NCBI GenBank assembly: GCA_030601885.1
Contig: JAUWAU010000014.1
Location: 68,774 to 132,773, forward strand
Length of the DNA: 64,000 nucleotides
Direction: 5' to 3'
Source: Armatimonadota bacterium
GTDB taxonomy: Bacteria; Armatimonadota; Zipacnadia; JAUWAU01
The position numbers were made by a program, and so were the translations under genes. Positions 54,707-64,000 of this stretch are shown piece by piece. The notes beneath the pieces are model-generated. The model saw only the letters and a program-made list of their open reading frames with translations, was not told the DNA's origin and made no database searches. Positions within the stretch are counted from its first letter, which is position 1. Each line of letters starts with the position of its first letter.

Positions 54707-57700
54707 TCAGTCGTGCCCGGAAATGGCGATCCGCCACACCCCGAAACGGAGCTGCAGAACCACTTGCTGCCTCGCATTATCGTAGGAGAATCCTTCCGCA
54801 GTATCGTCAACGCGAACACTCGCCGGTTCGTGCGGACAATGCACTCTCACCGTGCCGGAGTGCGAGAGTTGCAGAGTGCCTCTGAACGTCCGCCCATTCG
54901 TACCCAAGGCCGCAGTCGCCACGGTTGTGCAGCCAAACAACTCGGTGCCCCTCACTGTGAGCCGCTTTGCGTTGTGGACAGCGAACCGTTCTACGAAGCC
55001 CTTGCCGTTTCGCGTTAGCGCGCACTTGGTCGCGTCCGTTTCGATTCCCTCATACGATATGCCGTCCTCGCCTAAAGCGAAGAGGACAGTGTCCGTGGTC
55101 CCGTTTCTCTTGAGAGTGAGGCCAATCGCGCCTTCACTGTCGATTCTCCGTATCGGCGGAATGGGCGCGGTCTCGCCGGCAATACGAGGGTACAGCACGG
55201 TCAGGAAGTTGACTCGGGAGAGTGTCTCTGCGGGATGTAGTTTGAGCATAGGATTCTTGTTCCGGTAGCCTTCGGGCGATGCCGTGTCACACGCGACGTG
55301 TTGGGGGGAAAGCATTCGCACGGCGAGACGAGCCCCGTCGTTGTGCAAGGTTATCGAGCCAGCTTCGACCTCGGCCTCGGCAACGTCAGGGTGCAGAAGC
55401 CAGTCGAATCGGCTCGGCTTTGGTGCTACCAGTTCGTCGAAGATCACGAAGTAGTCTGGCTTCATGAATACAACGTGTCGCAGGAACTTGGTCAGAAGCT
55501 TCGGGTAGGCCGTCGAGGCATCGCCGACCACACAGTCGTAGTACGGGGACTCGATGAACTCGGCCAGGAAGCTGTCCGCCCCTCTGTTAGAGCCTTTGCC
55601 GTCCACGAGAATGGTATTGTGCTTCCAGGTTTCGTGCTCGCCCCAGCGCGTCTCGCGTGCCATGACCTTGTCGCCGACGTAAAGAGCGAACGCGTTGTCA
55701 TCGTTATTCGTGTGGCCGCCAACATAGGGGCCGCAGACGAACGACATCAGCATGTTATTGTCGCCCCAGCCGCTCCTGAGCATGGCCCAGCCGATGTCTC
55801 GGAACTGGCAGGACGCGGATGGAAGGTCACCTGGGAACTTGGGCTTGACTGCCGGGTCGTACCAGATGAACCCATACGATGCGCCGCACCAAAACGGGTA
55901 CGACGGCGGGCCATACCACTGCAAGTGTGAGTTCCTGTACTCCGATGCGAGTCTCAATGCAATATGATGGCCGCCGCTGTTGCTTCCGCCACTGGCGTCG
56001 TCGCCGAATACCGCGTGGGTCTTGCCGCCCGGACAGAGCGTGTACAACATGAAATGCCCGAGCTTGCGCAGACCGGGGTGATCGTACATGTCTATGCCCG
56101 TGACTCTCCTGAGCGCCTCGATGAAGTAGAGGCAGTGCGTCATCTCGTACTGACAGTACTCGACGCTTTCGCCCCAGCCGCCGTCGCGTCGTGTGGCGTC
56201 CAGGACGCCTTGCACGGCTTCGATGGCTTCGAGAAGCCAATGCTCGGCCTCGGGCACCTCGCCCAGCAGAGCTAACGCCGCCGCGCCCATGCTCCCAACG
56301 AGAATGGAGACGTTGTTCACCTGGAGGGTGCAAAGCCCGAGGCGATCCCACTCGTCGGTGAGAACGAGTTGTCCATACAGGAGGCGTGCCTCTCTGGCGA
56401 GGCGGTCGCGGACGATTTCGCGGTCCTCAGGCGAGAGATAATCGTGTAGGCAGTCGTAGCCAAACGAAGCCGCTGCCATGAATTCGCCTCTGCCCAAGCC
56501 GGCGCCGTGGTCTGTTCCGAGCGGCCCCCACTTGCACATAGCGAGAAGCCATTCTTTCGCCAAGTTCCCCGTCGCCTCGTCTTTCGACAGCGCGTAGGCG
56601 ACGCTGAGTACCTCAATCGGCCTTCTGGCTTGCCGCACTGAGCGATGGGTGGCGCCTCGGTGTTCCATCACGGAGCCCGGTATGAAAAGCGGCTCCGCGG
56701 GCAACTTCGCTTTTGGCCACGACAGGATGCTTTCCCAGAGCCGCGCGTGGGTGCCCTTCGCCTGTGCGCGCAGGCGCGGGATGTCCTTTTTGGTGAACAG
56801 GAGACGCGGGTGTCCCTTGACCAAGCATCGTATCTTGGGGGCTCGTTGCTCCATCAGGCGCCGCGCTTCGCGCTCCGGTATCTCGACGACGCTGACATCG
56901 TCCCACCAGGCTGTCCCGCGCTTGCCATCGGTGAGAAGCAGGCTTACCGACAACGTCTCAGCCGGCCTCTCGCTGGTGTCCTCGGCCTGTATCAGCTTTT
57001 CCAGAAGCGCCCACTGGCCATTTGGCGCACGGTGGTAGACCTTTTTGTATCTCTTGTAGTCGATGTACGAGCCTTTTTTGGGAAAGGTCTGGACGAGCAA
57101 TTGGGCGCTCATGGGCTTCAAGCCCGATGTCTTACAGTATGCGGTGACCTTGTAGAAGCTGCCGGGCTCCACGTTTATCTTCTGACTGACTGCGGCGAAG
57201 TCGTTTCCCCACATCTTCAGCGACTTGTCTCCGCTGTGGGCCGCGTCAGCGGCGAGGCCCACTCCTTCCTGGCTTCGAAGAATGCCCCAGTCCCATCTCT
57301 CAGGTTTGCGCATAATAGTCCAACCATCAGGGAAGTTGTCGTTATCAGCGTCGCGCTCGAAGCCGCCGTTTGCGACGAGGTTGTGGTTTCGGTTGGCCGA
57401 AAGCGGCATTTCGGATTCGTGCGCCTGGCGCGGTGACGCTGCGGCGATCCTTTCGAGGCCTTCGGCAGCGTTCTTCCGCACGGCAGGATCAGAGTGCGCT
57501 TGTATGGCCTTTAGTGGCACAATTGCACGCGCACTGCCTATGCGCCCGAGGGCCCAAGCGGCGGTCTTGCGCACCGGTGCTTCCGCATCCTTGAGCAGGG
57601 GTACCAGGATCGTCGCCGCCCGTTCATCGCCGACCCAGCCCAGCACCCAGGCCGCTCGCTCCCGCGCGAAGGCGTTTTCGTCCTTCGACATCCTCGCCAT

Positions 57701-59314
57701 CGGCCTGACGGCATCCGCGCCGATGCGGATCAGGGCCCAGGCAGCGCTCACTCGGACGCTGACGTCCTCGTTCTTAAGGGCAGAAAGTAACAGCGGCGTG
57801 ATGCCATCCTTGCCGAGCTTCGAGATGGCTCTTGCGGCCTCAATCCGCGTGTTCCAGACGTAGCTTCGCCAGCCTGGGTTATCAACTACCGTCTTTGCCA
57901 GACGGATGGCCGCTCTGCTGTCGCCGAGCCGGCCCAGCGAGCGAACGCAGTACGTCCAGAGATAGGAATTCCTGCGGCCGTCAGTGCCCGCGTTTTTCTG
58001 GTCAGCGAGCGCGGCGATGAGCGGCTCGACGGCACGTCTGTCGCCCATCACCCCAAGTGCTCGCGCAGCGTCCGCTCGAACGTCAATGTCGGCATCCTCT
58101 AGCAGAACAGCAATCAGGGCTTGGACTGACACTTTTTGCTTCATTCTGCCGAGCGAAAGCACAGCTTCGCGTCGCACATCTCTGTCGGGGTCCTTCAGCA
58201 AACCTCGCAGGGCTTGGCCAGCCTTCTTGCCACCCACCAGCCCAAGCGCCCAGGCGGCGTTCTCGCGCACCATTGCACGCTCGTCGCTGAGACAGCGACA
58301 GAGGAGCTCGACAGTACTTGTGTCGGGCAGCTTCCCGAGCGCCAGAGCGGCGTGTCTGGATAGATCCGTGTCCTCATCTTTGAGAGCACGGATGAGCGCG
58401 GATACGATTGCCGACGTCGTGAGATCGCCTTTCGGCAGAGAGGCAAGTTCTTGGGCGAGGGACGGAAGTCCCCGTTGCACTACATCCAGGAACATGGTAG
58501 GACGTGCCGCGAGCCTCGTGTCCCATTCGTCGGGAGCTGCGGATGGGGACACGACAGGCGCACGGCCCGGCTTGATCCGCCAGAGCACATCGGCTGCGAC
58601 CTGAGCATACCTCACCATCACGCCCCGCTGCCCCTCCAACAGCCCTGTCACCATGTTGTCGCGGTTGTCGTCCTTGAGGTAGTCTGGCCAGGATGTGATT
58701 CGACGCGCTTGCGGCTCGAGCTGTTGAAGCTTGTCAAATCCCCATTCTCCGGGGAAAAACAGGACGCGGTCGAGCATGCCACAGCGCTTCACTTCCGCGA
58801 GCAGTTCAGTCTCGATGCCACTGGCCTTTACGTCGAGCTCGAACTGCAAATCGTTTGCTTTCCCAAATCGCAGCGCTTCGGAAAGCAGCGGCACACGCTC
58901 GCCTTTGAAGCTCTCGTCGAACCACGACCCCGCATCGTAGAGCTTGAGCTCCTCGTACGCAATCTCATCGACACGTCCTTTCCCGTCAGTGGTCCGGTCG
59001 ATCGTGTCGTCGTGCAGCAGGACCAGCTTGTTGTCCTTCGTCGCCCGTATATCCACCTCGGCGGTGTTTGCACCAAGCTCGATCGCCTTCTTGAGCGCGG
59101 CCATAGTGTTTTCGGGCGCGTCAAGCTCAGCGCCCCGGTGGACGACAAACGGTGCGCCGGCTCCCTGCACGGGGCCTGCGGCGAATAGTAAGAAGCATAT
59201 CGTCACTACCCCCAGCTTCGCCCATGCGAGCCGCTTTTTCTCGTCGGCAACCGCGGCACGCATCCAACCCAAAAGCACACCAGAGAACCTTGGACTGGCA
59301 GCACAAGCTCGCAT
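54707..59314 (-). CDS. 1535-aa fusion: glycerophosphodiester phosphodiesterase, HEAT repeats, CBM4/9-like domain, DUF4962/heparinase II/III-like lyase
   Basis: HRGA...PENT, EVDI..TKD..LV..HD...DRTT; about 9 VR..AA.ALG HEAT units; NLV.NGGFE; HPRLLF, DGGW.E...Y, FGD, GWA.LRSGW, H...D.N.F..Y, HNTILVDG; RBS AAGGAG. Confidence 0.85.
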   Translation of the reverse strand: MRACAASPRFSGVLLGWMRAAVADEKKRLAWAKLGVVTICFLLFAAGPVQGAGAPFVVHRGAELDAPENTMAALKKAIELGANTAEVDIRATKDNKLVLLHDDTIDRTTDGKGRVDEIAYEELKLYDAGSWFDESFKGERVPLLSEALRFGKANDLQFELDVKASGIETELLAEVKRCGMLDRVLFFPGEWGFDKLQQLEPQARRITSWPDYLKDDNRDNMVTGLLEGQRGVMVRYAQVAADVLWRIKPGRAPVVSPSAAPDEWDTRLAARPTMFLDVVQRGLPSLAQELASLPKGDLTTSAIVSALIRALKDEDTDLSRHAALALGKLPDTSTVELLCRCLSDERAMVRENAAWALGLVGGKKAGQALRGLLKDPDRDVRREAVLSLGRMKQKVSVQALIAVLLEDADIDVRADAARALGVMGDRRAVEPLIAALADQKNAGTDGRRNSYLWTYCVRSLGRLGDSRAAIRLAKTVVDNPGWRSYVWNTRIEAARAISKLGKDGITPLLLSALKNEDVSVRVSAAWALIRIGADAVRPMARMSKDENAFARERAAWVLGWVGDERAATILVPLLKDAEAPVRKTAAWALGRIGSARAIVPLKAIQAHSDPAVRKNAAEGLERIAAASPRQAHESEMPLSANRNHNLVANGGFERDADNDNFPDGWTIMRKPERWDWGILRSQEGVGLAADAAHSGDKSLKMWGNDFAAVSQKINVEPGSFYKVTAYCKTSGLKPMSAQLLVQTFPKKGSYIDYKRYKKVYHRAPNGQWALLEKLIQAEDTSERPAETLSVSLLLTDGKRGTAWWDDVSVVEIPEREARRLMEQRAPKIRCLVKGHPRLLFTKKDIPRLRAQAKGTHARLWESILSWPKAKLPAEPLFIPGSVMEHRGATHRSVRQARRPIEVLSVAYALSKDEATGNLAKEWLLAMCKWGPLGTDHGAGLGRGEFMAAASFGYDCLHDYLSPEDREIVRDRLAREARLLYGQLVLTDEWDRLGLCTLQVNNVSILVGSMGAAALALLGEVPEAEHWLLEAIEAVQGVLDATRRDGGWGESVEYCQYEMTHCLYFIEALRRVTGIDMYDHPGLRKLGHFMLYTLCPGGKTHAVFGDDASGGSNSGGHHIALRLASEYRNSHLQWYGPPSYPFWCGASYGFIWYDPAVKPKFPGDLPSASCQFRDIGWAMLRSGWGDNNMLMSFVCGPYVGGHTNNDDNAFALYVGDKVMARETRWGEHETWKHNTILVDGKGSNRGADSFLAEFIESPYYDCVVGDASTAYPKLLTKFLRHVVFMKPDYFVIFDELVAPKPSRFDWLLHPDVAEAEVEAGSITLHNDGARLAVRMLSPQHVACDTASPEGYRNKNPMLKLHPAETLSRVNFLTVLYPRIAGETAPIPPIRRIDSEGAIGLTLKRNGTTDTVLFALGEDGISYEGIETDATKCALTRNGKGFVERFAVHNAKRLTVRGTELFGCTTVATAALGTNGRTFRGTLQLSHSGTVRVHCPHEPASVRVDDTAEGFSYDNARQQVVLQLRFGVWRIAISGHD

Positions 59315-59333
59315 GTCTGATTGCTCCTTGCAG

Positions 59334-59477
59334 CGTTAGCCTCCCACTCCTCTGCCAGTTTCCGGCCAAACTCACCGACCTTCGCGAACGCTTCCGGCCT
59401 TTTCAAGACATCGCCTTTGCTGCGTGAGCCATGCGACAGTGAAGTCAGTCATGTCCCTCAAGCCCTTGCCCCTCAGC
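59334..59477 (-). pseudogene. Degenerate duplicate of the 3' end of the flavodoxin gene at 60350-60910
   Basis: GCTGAGGGGCA.GGGCTTGA.GGAC...TTCACTGTCGCA...GGCGAT...CCGGAAGCGTT.GCGAA...TGGCCGGAA.CT.GCAGAGGA aligns with about 60340-60482; frameshifted. Confidence 0.75.
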
Positions 59478-59618
59478 CCTCCATCAGCGAAACCGATGGT
59501 TTGCCAATCCATGATGTAAAGTACGCCCTCTTTGCCCGTAGGGTGGCCGCCGCCGGGGCTCAGGACACTCGTCTCGCCCACGAGGTCACCACTGGGCAGG
59601 GCTCTCGTTGCGATGGTG

Positions 59619-60292
59619 CTATGGCCGATACTTCATCGTCACCTCGTTCGTGGTTGGGAGTATCCCGTAAAGCTCCGGACGTCGGCGGGCGAATATCATG
59701 TCGCGCCAACCAGGCCGCTGCTCCGGGATGTCCTCCGTGAAGTACGACGCAACGTCGTTCTCGCCACGCTTCGGCTGCTTGGGCTTTCGGTCAGCGTAGT
59801 ACACCTTCTCCTGGTTGAAGTCGATGTCTACGAAGACCGCGCCTTCCTGCTGAAAGTGCGACGCAGCCATGACATAGCCGTAGGGGTCGATAATCAGGCT
59901 GCGCAGACCCGGATCTGAGCTATTCCGGTGCGCGCAGCATCAGCTCGATGTTGTGGCCGCCCGGCCCCCACATTGCACTGGGATCAAGAATGATCTCCGC
60001 CCCCTTCAACTCCAGCACGCGGTCGATCTCGCCAATGTGGAGGTCACCGCAGACGTGGATGCCGATGCGAGCGAAGTCCGTATCATAGACCTGAATCTCG
60101 TCAAAGCCCTGGGTCCAGTAGACTGGTACCTTGAACACTATCTGGCCCTCTCGGTTCCAGAGCCACGCATGGCAGCAGGCAGAGCGTCGAAATCGTCACG
60201 ACGCGGCGCTGCTTTCCTTCACCAGCCCGGGCAGGCAAACACATCAGATGAACACAGGCCAAAACAATCAGGATGAGTAGGCACAGTTCCAC
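59619..60292 (-). pseudogene. Fragmented carbon-nitrogen hydrolase (nitrilase family) gene
   Basis: Three fragments in different frames: signal peptide (60292-); VYDTDFARIGIHVCGD....E..RVL.LKGAEII; RSLIIDPYG...RRRPELYG. Confidence 0.8.
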
Positions 60293-60349
60293 TCGATTCC
60301 TCCTTTCCCGTTTCCCCTCCCTTACTTGCAGGAATGCGGCGTCGGCGTC

Positions 60350-60910
60350 TCAGTCCTCTGCGAGCTTCCGGCCAGACTCAGCAGCTTTCGCCAACGCTTC
60401 CGGTTTGCTCAGGATATCGCCCTTGTGCCTGACGCCTGCGACAGTGAACCCGGTTACGTCCGTCAAGCCCATGCCCCTCAGCAGGCCAATATGGCGCTCC
60501 AGCAGACCGTCGTACATAGTCTCCCTTCCGGCCTCGTAGGGGAGAATGATCAGCCCCCTTTTGCCGGGCTCAAGGCGTTTCTGATACTCCGCGTCCCAGA
60601 AGGCATACCACCTGTCGAGAAAGCACTTCATCTGCCCGCTCACATCGTTGAAGTAAATGGGACTGGCGAAGATCACGGCGTCCGCCCCATGGATCTTGTC
60701 GTAGATGGGCGTGAGGTCGTCTTCAAGGACGCAGGCATCCCCTCTCTTGCAGCCCAGACAGCCCTGGCATCCCCGGTAATCCATTTCATTGAGATAGCAG
60801 ACTTCCACGGTTGCGCCCGCCTCTTTCGCTGCCTCGGCCGCGTGTTGCACCAGGATGTCAGAGTTCCCGCCTCGGCGCGGACTGCCGACGAATGCGAGGA
60901 TGCTTCTCAT
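60350..60910 (-). CDS. Flavodoxin family / iron-sulfur flavoprotein
   Basis: GSPR.GGNS, CQGCLGC...C...DD, ADAVIFASPIYF, K.FLDR; RBS GAAGGAGG. Confidence 0.9.
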   Translation of the reverse strand: MRSILAFVGSPRRGGNSDILVQHAAEAAKEAGATVEVCYLNEMDYRGCQGCLGCKRGDACVLEDDLTPIYDKIHGADAVIFASPIYFNDVSGQMKCFLDRWYAFWDAEYQKRLEPGKRGLIILPYEAGRETMYDGLLERHIGLLRGMGLTDVTGFTVAGVRHKGDILSKPEALAKAAESGRKLAED

Positions 60911-61079
60911 AGTCGCCCTCCTTCGCTTGAGGCAGTACTCTCAATGCCAGTTTGCGTCGCTTTAAGCCGGTGACAACGCAGTTCTCGCCCGATCCACACT
61001 GGCCCGGGTAGCAAGATGCTTTGGACACGCCGCTTGGCAAGTCGCGCAGTGGTGATCGGCCATCATAGGGGGCCTGCTT

Positions 61080-63311
61080 TCACTTCAGGGCCGCCTGCGC
61101 CTTCTCTATCTGCTCAGCCAGCAGCCGGCGGCTGTCGTAGATGAAGTTCGGTTTGATGTGCGGGCAGTTGTCGTAGGCCAGGATGAACGCGTCGGCGCGC
61201 TTGATGGTTTCCTCGCACTCAGCGGCGAGGTCGGCTTTGCCGGCGGCCCGGAGCCTCTCGGCCACCTGCGCCAGCAACCAGTGATACTCGTAGTCCTCGA
61301 GCCCATCGCGCATCATACAGATACGGATCGAGGGGCTTACCGTGCCATCGGGGTTGGGATACAGCAAGAAGTGGTCGCCAAGCGGGGCTCCCTTGCTCGG
61401 TCTCGGCTCCTTCCAGGGATTGTTCAGCCACCGGTTAACGGTCCAGATGAGATAGCCGTCAATCCCGTACTTGTACGTGATCCAGAACAGTGCCCGGTGA
61501 TCAACTCCACGCGCATCAATCCGCGTGCCCGGCCGCGGATCGCGATAGCCGTTGTACCACAACACCTGGTTGCCCAGAGCGTGCTGCTCGTCCAACACAT
61601 CGGTGTCAAAGCAGCCGACGTTGATGCACCAGATGTTCATGCCGCGCAGCAGGGGTGAGGGCGTCTCGGCGCCGAACAGCTTGATCTTCGGATGAGCGGC
61701 GTGGATCGCGTCGAACACCCGGTTTAGCAGGCCAAAGTCGTGATCCCACTTCCCCGAGTGCTTGTGCACGACCACTTCGTCCACACAGTACACATAGCTG
61801 CCCTCGAGCCAACCCTTCTCTTCGAGGTATTCGGCGGCCACCCGGTAAGCTTCTGTGATCCGCTGCAGGTACTCCTCGCTGCCCTTCTTGGCGCCCAGGA
61901 AACTCTTGCGGTCGTAGAAGTAGGGCACTGGCATGCTGTCGAAGCGATGGCCCATATCCACGTACGATTGGGCGAACCGCTCGAACTCACTCGTGTCCCC
62001 GAGGACCACCTTCTTGTTCTTCTCATCCCACACGAGCGGCAGGTGCCGCAGGTGCGACGGGCAGAGGCGATACTTCGCCAGCATCTCCACGATCACCGGG
62101 CGCCACTCGTTGATGAACTGCCCATAGTCCATGTCCCCATACCACTTGTTGATATCGTCCCGCCAACCCCAGGGACCGTAGATGGTCGTGCTGGTGCGTA
62201 GGTGCTGCTTGACAGGCACCTCGAAGTCCCACACATGCAGGTGCAGCTCGGCTCGTAGCTCGCCGCGGCCGGTGTGTACGATCACCGGGGCCCCGTAGTC
62301 GCCGGCCGGGGTGCCGGGCGGCACGTACACCTCCAGCCAGATGGGATAGTGCCACTGCTGGTCGGCAGTGAAGGGCTTCGGGCCGGGCAATCCGTCGGGA
62401 AGACCCTCGGGCGGGCCTTCCTTCGCCGGCACATAGTAGACCGGGCTCCAGAACACGTTCTCGGGCGAGATCCCGGCGCCGTCACGAGCTTGCAGCTCGC
62501 CCACTTCCACTGAAACATCGCCGACGCCGCCTTCGACCAGCGGGCGTACCACAAGCTGCACGGCTTCCGTCTCATTGCGCGCGGCCCACATCTTCACCAC
62601 CGGGTCGGGTTTCGCGGAGAGATCGACCTCTTCCGTGCGCATGATCTTGCGTGCCGGGCCTTCCATCCACAGAACCGCCGCCTCCGACCTGACCACCGGG
62701 TGGCGGACCGCCGCCGCTTGGGGCGCCTCGTAGTCGGTGGCCTTGGTCGCCCGCAGGTTATCAATGAAGAAGTCAATGACATCCCCGTGGTCGTACACGC
62801 TCTCACTGAGGAAGAAGTGCAGGTACGCGAAGTCCGCGGCGGCGGGCACGTCGCGAATGCACAGCTTCTCGTGGGCCCACTTGTGGTCGCGCAGATCAAT
62901 GAAGGGGGCGCTGTAGATGCCCTTGCGCTTGCTGTCCTTGACGATGATGTTTATGGCGAAGTCGGGGTCTCGTCGGCGCTCGCTCTCGAAGTAGATGTCG
63001 AACTCCAGGAAGTCATACTCCGACAGGTCAATCCCCGGCTCGTACAGCTTCGTGACCGAAGGCCAGCCCATCGGGTATTTGACCTCTTCGATGGCCTCGG
63101 CATGCTGGTGGTCAATCTCCACGTGAAGGTGCAGCGAGTGCTTGCCCTCCTTCACGTGCGCATCACTCAGCTCGAAGCTGATCTCCTTCTGCCCGCCCGT
63201 GCTCCAGCCGTCGAGCGTCTCGAACCCCTCGACCAGTATCGAATCCTGTGCGGACAGCGACGAAACGCAGAGCAGATACATCATGCCAACCGACATGCTC
63301 ACGGTACGCAC
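61080..63311 (-). CDS. Secreted DUF4091/GH123-like glycoside hydrolase with N-terminal CBM-like domain
   Basis: Signal peptide; AARNETEAVQL, PDGLP, IWLEVYVP, L.VWDF, VDE, GD..LLYP, PSIR...RDGLEDYEY. Confidence 0.88.
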   Translation of the reverse strand: MRTVSMSVGMMYLLCVSSLSAQDSILVEGFETLDGWSTGGQKEISFELSDAHVKEGKHSLHLHVEIDHQHAEAIEEVKYPMGWPSVTKLYEPGIDLSEYDFLEFDIYFESERRRDPDFAINIIVKDSKRKGIYSAPFIDLRDHKWAHEKLCIRDVPAAADFAYLHFFLSESVYDHGDVIDFFIDNLRATKATDYEAPQAAAVRHPVVRSEAAVLWMEGPARKIMRTEEVDLSAKPDPVVKMWAARNETEAVQLVVRPLVEGGVGDVSVEVGELQARDGAGISPENVFWSPVYYVPAKEGPPEGLPDGLPGPKPFTADQQWHYPIWLEVYVPPGTPAGDYGAPVIVHTGRGELRAELHLHVWDFEVPVKQHLRTSTTIYGPWGWRDDINKWYGDMDYGQFINEWRPVIVEMLAKYRLCPSHLRHLPLVWDEKNKKVVLGDTSEFERFAQSYVDMGHRFDSMPVPYFYDRKSFLGAKKGSEEYLQRITEAYRVAAEYLEEKGWLEGSYVYCVDEVVVHKHSGKWDHDFGLLNRVFDAIHAAHPKIKLFGAETPSPLLRGMNIWCINVGCFDTDVLDEQHALGNQVLWYNGYRDPRPGTRIDARGVDHRALFWITYKYGIDGYLIWTVNRWLNNPWKEPRPSKGAPLGDHFLLYPNPDGTVSPSIRICMMRDGLEDYEYHWLLAQVAERLRAAGKADLAAECEETIKRADAFILAYDNCPHIKPNFIYDSRRLLAEQIEKAQAALK

Positions 63312-63373
63312 GGCATTGACCCCCTCGGCGGATGTCTGCCGCCAGGCCCCAGTTCCGGGCGCTTACGCTGCGG

Positions 63374-64000
63374 CTACAGCTTGAGCACGCTCTCCGCATT
63401 CTTCCGCGCTATCTTGTCGAAGACCGCCTGGCTGATCTTCCCTCTGGCCAGCGCGTCTGTGAGGAACTCCAGCAGCCAGATCAGCCTATCGTCTCGCTGA
63501 CCGACTGCCCAGACGTCCGTGCCAAAGCAGAGCTGGTCCTGGAACTCGTTGAGGAACCAATAGCCGAACTCCGGATCGCGGCTCACGGCGTTGTAGCCGC
63601 TGCCGGCTGACAGGTCGCCATAAAGATTGGGGTATCTGCGCATCAGTTCGACGACGCGGCCGCCTTCGACCACCGGGCCCTTCGGATATCCACCCCACTC
63701 GTCCTCAGTAACGTCCCCGCTGATGAACGCCCACCATGCTTGCGAATGGCACAGCCAGATGATGCCGGGGAACGCCTGGACGGACTTCTCGAAGCGAGGC
63801 AGACCGAAGTCGTCTATTAGCCCGTAGGTGTCGTGTTCTCTGGTGGCGACATGGAATAGCAGGGGCATCTCGCACTGCTGGGCATGGTGGAAGAGGTTCT
63901 GGACGCGCGGGTCATCGAAGTACAGGTTGGATGTCAGTTCTCCGATACCCCTGCAACCCTTGTCCTTGTAATGATTGATGACGAAGGACAGGTCGGTGTC
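63374..64000 (-). CDS. Amidohydrolase family protein (amidohydro_2-like), 5'-partial
   Basis: Frame open to the window end; G..GIGE, FDDP, PLLFH, H, NLYGDLSAGSG, FGTD. Confidence 0.88.
   Translation of the reverse strand, partial: DTDLSFVINHYKDKGCRGIGELTSNLYFDDPRVQNLFHHAQQCEMPLLFHVATREHDTYGLIDDFGLPRFEKSVQAFPGIIWLCHSQAWWAFISGDVTEDEWGGYPKGPVVEGGRVVELMRRYPNLYGDLSAGSGYNAVSRDPEFGYWFLNEFQDQLCFGTDVWAVGQRDDRLIWLLEFLTDALARGKISQAVFDKIARKNAESVLKL

Overview
High-GC bacterial chromosome segment. The gene content (an H-X9-DG protein, three DUF4091/GH123-like enzymes, Tat-exported sulfatases, URO-D-like paralogs, large secreted lyase-like proteins) suggests an Armatimonadota- or Planctomycetota-like polysaccharide degrader; this is inference. 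Housekeeping genes (trxB, trpS, purL) are interspersed with carbohydrate-active genes and three accessory blocks. (1) A compact three-gene cassette at 12616-14454 encodes an MqsR-like toxin, an MqsA-like antitoxin with an extra C-terminal tail containing an AAH motif, and an ImmA/IrrE/CapP-like metallopeptidase. It has its own near-consensus promoter and sits between the N- and C-terminal remnants of a destroyed GH67 alpha-glucuronidase gene. It is the best candidate for an undescribed protease-triggered toxin-antitoxin/defence system. (2) A five-gene defence-like operon at 18094-22691 encodes two wHTH-like proteins, a MORC/GHKL-type ATPase with no recognisable nuclease domain, a small multi-TM protein and a ThsB-like TIR protein. 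(3) A lower-GC, pseudogene-rich region right of an IS630 element (about 45.6-61 kb) includes a 1535-aa GDPD-HEAT-CBM-heparinase II/III-like fusion. Nested palindromic micro-elements have also inserted in frame into purL and into a PHP-type hydrolase. No rRNA, tRNA or CRISPR array was seen. All product calls come from motif recognition by eye, not database searches.
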